Positions 1 to 7,709 of a stretch of DNA of 27,686 nucleotides are shown here, piece by piece. Position numbers and translations under genes: made by a program. This DNA is from Candidatus Saccharimonadota bacterium (GTDB lineage Bacteria > Bacteroidota > Bacteroidia > Flavobacteriales > Blattabacteriaceae). The stretch's first letter is position 1, and each line of letters begins with the position of its first letter. The notes beneath the pieces were generated by a model that searched no databases, had not been told where the DNA came from, and saw only the letters and a list, made by a program, of their open reading frames with translations. Location of the stretch: contig CP099826.1 of the NCBI GenBank assembly GCA_029851245.1, forward strand, positions 1 to 27,686, read 5' to 3'.

Positions 1-135
1 AAATAAACCATTTTTAACTGGTTTATGAGTTCTATAATTTATTGTTTCTGGTAATAAAACTTCTCCAAATGATTGTTTTAAAATTTTTTTTGGAGACATT
101 AATTTAATAGTTATTTTTTTAATTTCTTTATTCAT
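1..135 (-). CDS. rpoC: DNA-directed RNA polymerase subunit beta-prime, N-terminal 45 codons only (runs off window)
   Basis: Hand translation of minus strand from ATG at 135-133: [45 protein letters not shown]. Matches the conserved RpoC N-terminus (SP..I...[18 protein letters not shown]). Lies 14 nt downstream of the rpoB stop, the canonical rpoB-rpoC order. Confidence 0.9.
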   Translation of the reverse strand, partial: MNKEIKKITIKLMSPKKILKQSFGEVLLPETINYRTHKPVKNGLF

Positions 136-149
136 ATTTTTTAAATATT

Positions 150-3100
150 TTATTTTTTTTTATAATCTATTTTTAGATCTATACATAATCCTTTTAAATC
201 GTATTTTAATACATTAAAAGCTTCTGGTATATTAGAATTAGGTAACTTTTTATTATTTATAATAGATTCATAAGTTTTTTTTCTACCTATTATATCATCT
301 GATTTAATAGTTAACATTTCTTTTAATAAATTTGAGGCACCATATGCTTCTAAAGCCCATACTTCCATTTCTCCGAATCTTTGTCCACCAAATTTAGATT
401 TTCCTCCTAATGGTTGTTGAGTAATTAAAGAATAAGGTCCAATAGATCTAGCATGTAATTTATCATCTACCATATGATTTAATTTAAACATATATATAAT
501 TCCAATAGATACTTTATTATCTAATTTTTCACCAGTAATACCATCATATAAAGTAGTGTTAACATAATTTTTAATAAAATTATTAGAATATTTATTTATT
601 ATTTTTAAAATATTTCTATTAAAAATTTGATTATAAAATTTTATTTTTTTTTTATATCCTATTAATCCTAAAATTGATTCTAAAATTTGACCTAAATTCA
701 TTCTTGAAGGTATACTTAATGGATTTAAAATAATATCTATTATAGTACCATCTTTTAAATATGGCATATCTTCTTCATTAATAATTTTAGAAACTACTCC
801 TTTATTCCCATATCTACCTGACATTTTATCACCTACTTTTAATTTTCTTTTTTGAGCTATATATACTTTAGCTACTTTAATTATACCAGTAGATAATTCA
901 TTATCTATAAATATTTTAGAAATTTTTCTTTTATAATAATTATATAATTTATAATATTTTAAATTATAATTAGTTATTAATAATTTAATTATTTTAATTT
1001 TTTTTTTATTAAATTTAAAGTTTTTAAAATTAATTTTTTTAAATTTTAATTTATTTAAAAATTTTTTAATTATTTTTTTATTTTTAATAATATTTATAAC
1101 TTTTTTACATAAATTATTAAATAATTTATTTTTAATTTTTATAAAATAATATTTAATTTTATTTTTTATTTTTATATAATTTTTTTTTTTTTTATTATAA
1201 AATATTTTATAATTTATTACTTTTCCATATAATGTAGAATGTGCTCTTAAAGAATTATCTTTAATATTACTCATTTTTTCACCAAATATTGATTTTAATA
1301 ATTTTATTTCAGGAGTAATTTTAATACCTTCTTTAGGTACTATTTTACCTATTAAAATATCCCCTGGTTTTACTTCAGTACCTATTTTTATAATACCATT
1401 TTTATTTAATTTATTTTTTTGAGATTTACTAATATTTGGAATATTTCTTGTAAATTTTTCATTACCTAATTTATTTTTTCTAATTTCTAATTTATATTCT
1501 TCTATAGTAATTGAAGTAAAATAATCTTCTTTAATTAATCTATTAGAAATTAATATTGAATCTTCAAAATTATAACCTTTATAATTCATAAAGGCTACTA
1601 AAATATTTCTACCTAAAGCTAATTCTTTATTTTTAGTTCCAAAACCTTCACATAAGATTTGATTTTTTTTAATTTTTTCTCCTTTTTTAATAATAGGTCT
1701 TAAATTAATACATGTATTTTGATTAGTTTTTTGAAATTTTTTTAAATAATGTGTATAATATTTGTTATAAAAATTTATATTTTTATCTTTAAAATTATAT
1801 TTAACTATAATTTTTTTAGAATCTACATATTTTATTATACCATCAGATTTAGCATTAATAAAATTTCTTGAATAATATACTACATATTTTTCTAAACCTG
1901 TCCCTACTATTGGTGCTTCTGGTATTAATAATGGTGTAGCTTGTCTCATCATATTAGATCCCATTAATGCTCTATTAACATCATTATGTTCTAAAAACGG
2001 TATTAAACCTACTGTAATAGATACCATTTGATTTTGAGAATAATCTCTATATAATATTTTTTTAGTATTATAAATATTATATGAATTATTTTTTCTAGCA
2101 AATATTGCAGACTTTCTATTTTTTAATTTCACATTTAAAGGAATAAATATTTTATTTAATTCTTCATCTGAATTTAAATAATGTATTTTATTAGTTTTTA
2201 TATTTCTATATGGAGTTTTTAAAAATCCCATATTACTAATTTTAGCAAATAAACATAATGATGAAATTAATCCTATATTAGGTCCTTCTGGAGTTTCTAT
2301 AGGACATATTTTACCATAAAAACTATAATTTATATCTCTAGTTTCAAAATTAGTTTTATTTTTTGTAATTCCTCCAGGACCTAATAATGTAATTCTTCTT
2401 TTATGAGTAATTTCTGATAATGGATTAATTTGTTCCATATACTGTGAAAATTGACTAGTACCAAAAAAAGTATTTATTAATGTATTTAATATTTTTGAAT
2501 TTATAAATATTTTATTATTTAATTTAATAGTTTCATTATTTTTAAATTTTATTTTTTCTTTTATTATGTAATGTATTTTTAATAATCCTTTATTTAAAAT
2601 ATTATATATTTGATCACCTACACCTATTACTATTCTATTAGATAAATTATAAAGACTATCATTAATAATATTATTATTATTTATAAAATTTATTAATTTA
2701 TTAATTATATGGATTATATCAGTTTTTGTAATATAAAATATTTTATGAGATAATTTTATTTTTAATTTAGTATTTAATTTATATCTACCTATTTTTCCTA
2801 AATCATATTCTTTTTTATTAAAAAACTTTTTAATAATGAATTTTTTTACTATTTTATAATTTTTTATATATACATTTTTAATAATTTTGTAAAATATTAT
2901 TAAATTTTTTTTATATGATATATTTGTATTTTTAAAATTATTAATTATTATATTATAACTAATATTATTAATATTTTTAAAAATATATATATAATTAATT
3001 TTATTTTTAATTAAAATTTTTATTATTTTTTTATTTATTATTTTATATTTATTTAATATTATTTTATTATTTATAATTATATCAAATAAATTAATTTTAT

Positions 3101-3788
3101 ATAAAAGATTATTTATATTTACTTTAACTTTTTTGTAATTATTAAAAAGTTTTATAATATTTTTATTATTTTTAAACCATATAGAATTTAAAAATATATT
3201 AATTGGTATTTTTTTAGTTTTATTTAATAATATATATAAATTATAATTATTATCTATAATAACTTCTATCCAAGAACCTTTTTTAGGTATAATTTTTGCA
3301 ATATATAATGTATTATTTAATTTAGTATTAATAATTTTATTAAATAATATACCAGGTGATTTAATTAATTGAAAAATTACTACTCTTTCAATACCATTAA
3401 AAATAAAATTTGCTGTATTTGTTATAAATGGACAACTAAATAAATATATATTTTTAATAATTTTTTTATATTTATTATTAATTTTAATTTTTATTTCTAA
3501 TTTAATATTAATATTTATATTATAAGTTAATTTATAATATAAACATTCTTTAATATTATATTTAGGGGGTATTAAATAATAATTCTTAAATTTTATAGTA
3601 ATATTTTTATTTTTAATATTAAAATATTTTTTTAATATTTTAAATAAAATAGTTTTTTTTTTATTTAGAGTTTTTAAATTAAATATTTTTTTAAAAGATT
3701 TAATTTGATATTTTAAAAAATCTTGATATTTTATTTTATATTTAAAATTTTTAAATTCTATAATTTTATTATATTTAAAATTATACAT
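150..3788 (-). CDS. rpoB: DNA-directed RNA polymerase subunit beta
   Basis: 1212-aa ORF with hallmark RpoB blocks: [117 protein letters not shown]. Position between rplL and rpoC. Confidence 0.98.
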   Translation of the reverse strand: MYNFKYNKIIEFKNFKYKIKYQDFLKYQIKSFKKIFNLKTLNKKKTILFKILKKYFNIKNKNITIKFKNYYLIPPKYNIKECLYYKLTYNININIKLEIKIKINNKYKKIIKNIYLFSCPFITNTANFIFNGIERVVIFQLIKSPGILFNKIINTKLNNTLYIAKIIPKKGSWIEVIIDNNYNLYILLNKTKKIPINIFLNSIWFKNNKNIIKLFNNYKKVKVNINNLLYKINLFDIIINNKIILNKYKIINKKIIKILIKNKINYIYIFKNINNISYNIIINNFKNTNISYKKNLIIFYKIIKNVYIKNYKIVKKFIIKKFFNKKEYDLGKIGRYKLNTKLKIKLSHKIFYITKTDIIHIINKLINFINNNNIINDSLYNLSNRIVIGVGDQIYNILNKGLLKIHYIIKEKIKFKNNETIKLNNKIFINSKILNTLINTFFGTSQFSQYMEQINPLSEITHKRRITLLGPGGITKNKTNFETRDINYSFYGKICPIETPEGPNIGLISSLCLFAKISNMGFLKTPYRNIKTNKIHYLNSDEELNKIFIPLNVKLKNRKSAIFARKNNSYNIYNTKKILYRDYSQNQMVSITVGLIPFLEHNDVNRALMGSNMMRQATPLLIPEAPIVGTGLEKYVVYYSRNFINAKSDGIIKYVDSKKIIVKYNFKDKNINFYNKYYTHYLKKFQKTNQNTCINLRPIIKKGEKIKKNQILCEGFGTKNKELALGRNILVAFMNYKGYNFEDSILISNRLIKEDYFTSITIEEYKLEIRKNKLGNEKFTRNIPNISKSQKNKLNKNGIIKIGTEVKPGDILIGKIVPKEGIKITPEIKLLKSIFGEKMSNIKDNSLRAHSTLYGKVINYKIFYNKKKKNYIKIKNKIKYYFIKIKNKLFNNLCKKVINIIKNKKIIKKFLNKLKFKKINFKNFKFNKKKIKIIKLLITNYNLKYYKLYNYYKRKISKIFIDNELSTGIIKVAKVYIAQKRKLKVGDKMSGRYGNKGVVSKIINEEDMPYLKDGTIIDIILNPLSIPSRMNLGQILESILGLIGYKKKIKFYNQIFNRNILKIINKYSNNFIKNYVNTTLYDGITGEKLDNKVSIGIIYMFKLNHMVDDKLHARSIGPYSLITQQPLGGKSKFGGQRFGEMEVWALEAYGASNLLKEMLTIKSDDIIGRKKTYESIINNKKLPNSNIPEAFNVLKYDLKGLCIDLKIDYKKK

Positions 3789-3816
3789 TTTTTAAAAAAT
3801 TATTAATATATTAAGT

Positions 3817-4251
3817 TTATTTAATTTCTATTACAGCATCAATTTTTTTAAAATCTTCTTGTATTTTTTTAGCTTTTTCAATATTTATAGATTTTTTAAT
3901 TAAACTAGGAATATTATCAATATATTTTTTAGATTCTGTTAAAGTTAAGCCAGTTATTTCTTTTAATAGTTTAATAACAGGTAATTTTACAGTACCTACT
4001 GATTTTAAATATATGTCTACTATAGATTTAGTATTAGTATTAGTATTAGTATTAGTATTATTGTTAGTATTAGTGTTATTATTAGTATTAGTGTTAGTAT
4101 TAGTGCTATTATTAATAAGATTAGGATTAATAGGATTAATATTGTTATTAATAACAATATTATATTTTTTTTTTAAAATATTAGATAATTTATTAATATC
4201 ATTAATATTTAAATTAACTAATAATTTTGCAATTTTTTTAATATTTTTCAT
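3817..4251 (-). CDS. rplL: 50S ribosomal protein L7/L12 with a low-complexity Asn/Thr hinge
   Basis: The C-terminal domain (VKLPVIKLLKEITGLTLTESKKYIDNIPSLIKKSINIEKAKKIQEDFKKIDAVIEIK) fits the L12 CTD pattern. The short N-terminal dimerisation helix region is present. Position rplJ-rplL-rpoB. Confidence 0.93.
   Translation of the reverse strand: MKNIKKIAKLLVNLNINDINKLSNILKKKYNIVINNNINPINPNLINNSTNTNTNTNNNTNTNNNTNTNTNTNTKSIVDIYLKSVGTVKLPVIKLLKEITGLTLTESKKYIDNIPSLIKKSINIEKAKKIQEDFKKIDAVIEIK
4031..4114 (-). repeat. Imperfect hexanucleotide tandem repeat: 14 units of GTATTA on the + strand (AAT-ACT on the coding strand), 5 perfect units at 4031-4060
   Basis: Counted directly: gtatta x5, then ttgtta, gtatta, gtgtta, ttatta, gtatta, gtgtta, gtatta, gtgcta, ttatta. 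Encodes the NTNTNT... hinge of rplL. Confidence 0.92.
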
Positions 4252-4262
4252 TTATTTATTTT

Positions 4263-4297
4263 ATATATTATATTATATTATATTATATTATATTATA
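4263..4297 (-). repeat. Pentanucleotide microsatellite: (ATATT)~7 on the + strand, (TAATA/AATAT)n in the direction of transcription, in the rplJ-rplL spacer
   Basis: Counted directly: six perfect atatt units at 4265-4294 plus partial units on both sides. Begins 2 nt after the rplJ stop (4300-4302, minus strand) and ends 11 nt before the rplL ATG (4251). Confidence 0.92.
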
Positions 4298-4299
4298 AA

Positions 4300-4833
4300 T
4301 TATTTATATTTTAATGAATTAATAATATTTATTAATTTAATATTATTATATAAAATTAAATTATTAATAAAATTATTAATACAATAAATTAAATTTAATA
4401 TTAATATTATAATTAATTCTTTTTTAGATTTTAAATTACATAATATAGTTAAAGTAGTATTATTTTTATTGTAATAATATTTATTTTCTATATAAGCTAC
4501 TTTAAAAATTGGATATTTTATATTATTAATATTTATTAAATTATTAATAATTACATTAGCACAATTATTAATATTATTAGATAACATTAATGAATTATTA
4601 TATTTTATAATATTTAATAATTTATTATTTTTTTTTTTTTTAGAAATAATTTTTTTAAATATAGTATTTTTAATATTTAATAATTTAATTTTTTCATAAT
4701 AACATTTTTTTTTAAAAATTAATAATTCATTAGATTTAAATTTTGAAATATCTATTATATAATAATATTTATATTTTTTAAGATATTTTTCAATTTTTTT
4801 TTTAATTATTAATTTTTTATTTTTATTAATCAT
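4300..4833 (-). CDS. rplJ: 50S ribosomal protein L10
   Basis: Position between rplA and rplL. Weak but consistent L10 N-terminal pattern (YYYIIDISKFKSNELLIFKKKC..KIKLLNIKNTIFKK compared with the canonical ...D..GL.......LR......L.V.KNTL). Otherwise very degenerate. Confidence 0.82.
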   Translation of the reverse strand: MINKNKKLIIKKKIEKYLKKYKYYYIIDISKFKSNELLIFKKKCYYEKIKLLNIKNTIFKKIISKKKKNNKLLNIIKYNNSLMLSNNINNCANVIINNLININNIKYPIFKVAYIENKYYYNKNNTTLTILCNLKSKKELIIILILNLIYCINNFINNLILYNNIKLINIINSLKYK

Positions 4834-4834
4834 T

Positions 4835-5467
4835 TTATAATAATATTTTTATACTTTTTCCCATTGTACTAGATATATAGATATTTTTTATAATTAATTG
4901 ATATTTAATTTTAAATAAATTAAATTTTTTAATGATATAATTATAATTATTAATTAAATTTTCAATTTTATATGATTGTTTACCAATAGTAATATTAATA
5001 ACTTTATTAATTTCAATAGTTAAATATATTATATTATTATTTAATATATTTTTAATAATTTTGTAAGGTTTATTAGTAATTATATAATTATTAGTATTAG
5101 GGATTAATTTATTTTTTATTAAAATTTTATTAATATTATTATTAATTATTATTTTATAATAATTTTTATTAGTTATTAAATAATTAATATTTTTTAATTT
5201 ATTATTTTTTATTTTATTAATATATTTTTTACCTCCTATATAATCAATATTTAATTTTTTTATTTTTTCTCTAAATTTTTTCTCTACTAAAGCTAATATT
5301 ATTTTTTTTTTACCATTATTATGAGGTAAATTAATATTTTCTTTATAAAAATTATTATTTTTATTTTTAATAAATTTAATATTTATATATAAATCTATTG
5401 ATTGATCAAATTTTTTTTTTTCTTTTTTTATATTTTTTAAAATATTTATAATATTTGTATTATTCAT
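4835..5467 (-). CDS. rplA: 50S ribosomal protein L1
   Basis: FDQSIDLYINIK....NINLPHNNGKKKIILALV matches the L1 motif FD.S.DL...L......R....LPHG.GK..RV.V. Position rplK-rplA-rplJ. Confidence 0.9.
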   Translation of the reverse strand: MNNTNIINILKNIKKEKKKFDQSIDLYINIKFIKNKNNNFYKENINLPHNNGKKKIILALVEKKFREKIKKLNIDYIGGKKYINKIKNNKLKNINYLITNKNYYKIIINNNINKILIKNKLIPNTNNYIITNKPYKIIKNILNNNIIYLTIEINKVINITIGKQSYKIENLINNYNYIIKKFNLFKIKYQLIIKNIYISSTMGKSIKILL

Positions 5468-5478
5468 TATATTATTAT

Positions 5479-5916
5479 TTATATATTTTTATTATTATAT
5501 ATTATATCAATACCAATAGATTTTAAAGTACCAATTATCATATTAATTGCAGATGATAATTTATAACAATTAAAATCTGACATTTTATATTTTGCTATTT
5601 TTTTAATTTCATTATAATCTATTTTATTAATAATTTTTTTTTTAGGTTCTGAAGAACCTTTATTAATATTTAATTTTTTAAATATTAAATCTTTAATTGA
5701 TTGTTTTTTAATTATTATATCATATTTTTTATTATCATATAATAGTATTATAACTGGTAAATTTTCTCCTTTTTTATTAATTGTTAATTTATTTATTTTA
5801 TTACAAAATTCCATTATATTAATACCTAATGTACCTAATAATGGTCCTATAGGAGGTGCTGGAGTTACCATCCCACCTTTTATATAAGTTTTAATTTTTT
5901 TTATAATATTATTCAT
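5479..5916 (-). CDS. rplK: 50S ribosomal protein L11
   Basis: IKGGMVTPAPPIGPLLGTLGINIMEFCNKIN matches the L11 N-terminal signature (PAPP.GP.LG..G.NI..FC..FN). Confidence 0.95.
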   Translation of the reverse strand: MNNIIKKIKTYIKGGMVTPAPPIGPLLGTLGINIMEFCNKINKLTINKKGENLPVIILLYDNKKYDIIIKKQSIKDLIFKKLNINKGSSEPKKKIINKIDYNEIKKIAKYKMSDFNCYKLSSAINMIIGTLKSIGIDIIYNNKNI

Positions 5917-5976
5917 AAATATATTATTTATTATTTTTAATTAAAATAATAATTTATTTTTTAGAAGAAAGATATA

Positions 5977-6048
5977 CACGGATGGTAAGATTTGAACTTA
6001 CAACCTTCGATTTTGGAGACCGATGCTCTACCATTAAGCTACATCCGT
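5977..6048 (-). tRNA. trnW: tRNA-Trp (anticodon CCA)
   Basis: Minus strand reads ACGGATG-TA-GCTT-AATGGTA-GAGC-A-TCGGT-CTCCAAA-ATCGA-AGGTT-GTAAG-TTCAAAT-CTTAC-CATCCGT-G. Folds by hand into a 72-nt cloverleaf. Anticodon loop is CT-CCA-AA. No encoded CCA end. Canonical position between tuf and the rplK cluster. Confidence 0.92.
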
Positions 6049-6102
6049 ATTATATATAATAATTAATATAAATAAAAATAAATTTATTATTATTATATAT
6101 TT

Positions 6103-7281
6103 TTATTTTAATAATTCTATAACTTGTCCTGCACCTACAGTTTTTCCTCCTTCTCTAATAGCAAATTTTAATCCTTTATTAATAGCAATTGAATTATTTA
6201 ATTTAATTTTTGCTGTAATATTATCTCCTGGCATTACTATATCTATATTTTTATCTAAAATAATAGTACCAGTAATATTAGTAGTTCTTAAATAAAATTG
6301 TGGTTTATATTTATTTTTAAATCCAGTATGTCTACCACCTTCTTCTTTTTTTAAAATATATATTTCTGCTTTAAATTTTTTATATAATTTTAAAGTTTTA
6401 GGTTGACATAATACCATACCTCTTTTAATTTGATTTTTATCTATTCCACGTAATAGTATTCCTACATTATCACCAGCTTCTCCTTTATCTAATATTTTTT
6501 TAAACATTTCAACACCAGTAACTACAGTAGAAATAATTTTTCCAAGTCCTATACATTCTATAGGATCCCCTATTTTAATAATACCTGTTTCTATTTTACC
6601 AGTACATACTGTACCTCTTCCAGTAATAGTAAATATATCTTCTATTGACATTAAAAATGGTTTATTAATATCTCTTATAGGATCTGGGAAATAAGTATCT
6701 ATTTTATCAAGTAATTCATATATATTATTAATATATTTATTATTATTTTGTAAAGCTTTTAAAGCAGATCCTTTAATAATAGGACAATTTTTATAACCAT
6801 AATATTCTAATAATTCTTTAGTTTCTAATATTACTAAATTTAATAATTCTTTATCTTTTATTAAATCTATTTTATTTATAAAAACTATAATTTTAGGAAC
6901 ATTTACTTGTTTTGCTAATAATATATGTTCTCTAGTTTGTGGCATTGGTCCATCAGTTGCCGCAATTACTAAAATTGCACCATCCATTTGCGCTGCACCA
7001 GTAATCATATTTTTTATATAATCTGAATGTCCTGGACAATCAATATGAGCATAGTGTCTTTTTTCAGTTTGATATTCAATATGTGAAGTATTAATAGTAA
7101 TACCTCTTTCTATTTCTTCAGGAGCATTATCAATAGATGAATATTTTTTTTCTTCTGCTAAACCTTTTAATGATAAAGCTTTAGTAATAGCCGCTGTTAA
7201 AGTAGTTTTACCATGATCTACATGACCAATAGTACCTATATTTAAATGTGGTTTATTACGATTAAATTTTTCTTTTGACAT
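6103..7281 (-). CDS. tuf: Elongation factor Tu
   Basis: 392-aa ORF: [26 protein letters not shown]-domain motifs and full-length EF-Tu similarity. Locally higher G+C than its neighbours. Confidence 0.99.
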   Translation of the reverse strand: MSKEKFNRNKPHLNIGTIGHVDHGKTTLTAAITKALSLKGLAEEKKYSSIDNAPEEIERGITINTSHIEYQTEKRHYAHIDCPGHSDYIKNMITGAAQMDGAILVIAATDGPMPQTREHILLAKQVNVPKIIVFINKIDLIKDKELLNLVILETKELLEYYGYKNCPIIKGSALKALQNNNKYINNIYELLDKIDTYFPDPIRDINKPFLMSIEDIFTITGRGTVCTGKIETGIIKIGDPIECIGLGKIISTVVTGVEMFKKILDKGEAGDNVGILLRGIDKNQIKRGMVLCQPKTLKLYKKFKAEIYILKKEEGGRHTGFKNKYKPQFYLRTTNITGTIILDKNIDIVMPGDNITAKIKLNNSIAINKGLKFAIREGGKTVGAGQVIELLK

Positions 7282-7308
7282 ATTTTAATATTTTAATTTA
7301 TAAATAGA

Positions 7309-7381
7309 AGCGGAAAACGGGAATTGAACCCGCAACCTTCAGCTTGGAAGGCTGACGCTCTACCAATTGAGCTATTTCCGC
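7309..7381 (-). tRNA. trnG: tRNA-Gly (anticodon UCC)
   Basis: Minus strand reads GCGGAAA-TA-GCTC-AATTGGTA-GAGC-G-TCAGC-CTTCCAA-GCTGA-AGGTT-GCGGG-TTCAATT-CCCGT-TTTCCGC-T. Hand-folded cloverleaf, 73 nt. Confidence 0.9.
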
Positions 7382-7407
7382 GATATAATATTAATAAAAT
7401 TAATAAA

Positions 7408-7491
7408 TGGGGAGAGTAGGATTTGAACCTACGAAGATTATTAATCAACAGATTTACAGTCTGTCCTCGTTAGCCACTTGAGTATCTCCCC
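7408..7491 (-). tRNA. trnY: tRNA-Tyr (anticodon GUA), long variable arm
   Basis: Minus strand: acceptor GGGGAGA/TCTCCCC, anticodon stem ACAGA/TCTGT with loop CT-GTA-AA, long variable arm, T arm GTAGG-TTCAAAT-CCTAC, discriminator A. 84 nt. Confidence 0.9.
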
Positions 7492-7506
7492 AATATAATT
7501 TTTAAA

Positions 7507-7579
7507 AGCCGATGATAGGAATCGAACCTATGACAACGAGATTACAAATCACGTGCTCTACCAACTGAGCTACATCGGC
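7507..7579 (-). tRNA. trnT: tRNA-Thr (anticodon UGU)
   Basis: Minus strand reads GCCGATG-TA-GCTC-AGTTGGTA-GAGC-A-CGTGA-TTTGTAA-TCTCG-TTGTC-ATAGG-TTCGATT-CCTAT-CATCGGC-T. One T:T mismatch in the anticodon stem. 73 nt. Confidence 0.88.
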
Positions 7580-7709
7580 AATTTATTAAATATTTATATA
7601 AAATTATTATATTTAATAATAATTTTATAAAACTAAATATAATATTATTTTATTATATATATAAAATATAAATAAAAAAATATAAATAAAAAAAATAATT
7701 TTATATAAT

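Noticed and set aside
4013-4387. 124-aa plus-strand ORF (MSTIDLVLVLVLVLVLLLV...) in the ORF track
   Set aside because: It is entirely antisense to rplL and the rplJ 3' end. Its (Leu-Val)n text is just the reverse-complement reading of the (AAT-ACT)n hinge repeat. It has no homology-like motifs, and the opposite strand carries clearly conserved ribosomal proteins.
7597-7629. Perfect 13-bp inverted repeat (TATAAAATTATTA, 7-nt loop, TAATAATTTTATA) in the divergent tRNA-Thr/leuS spacer; possible operator or terminator hairpin
   Set aside because: It is composed only of A and T. In an essentially two-letter sequence of this length, perfect 13-bp inverted repeats with short loops are expected by chance many times. 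An all-AT stem is thermodynamically weak, and there is no supporting second copy.
7667-7694. Tandem 14-bp direct repeat TATAAATAAAAAAA x2 just upstream of the leuS start; possible promoter element
   Set aside because: It is low-complexity A/T sequence and cannot be distinguished from background. It does not match the Bacteroidota TAnnTTTG -7 consensus. I cannot support a regulatory call from sequence alone.
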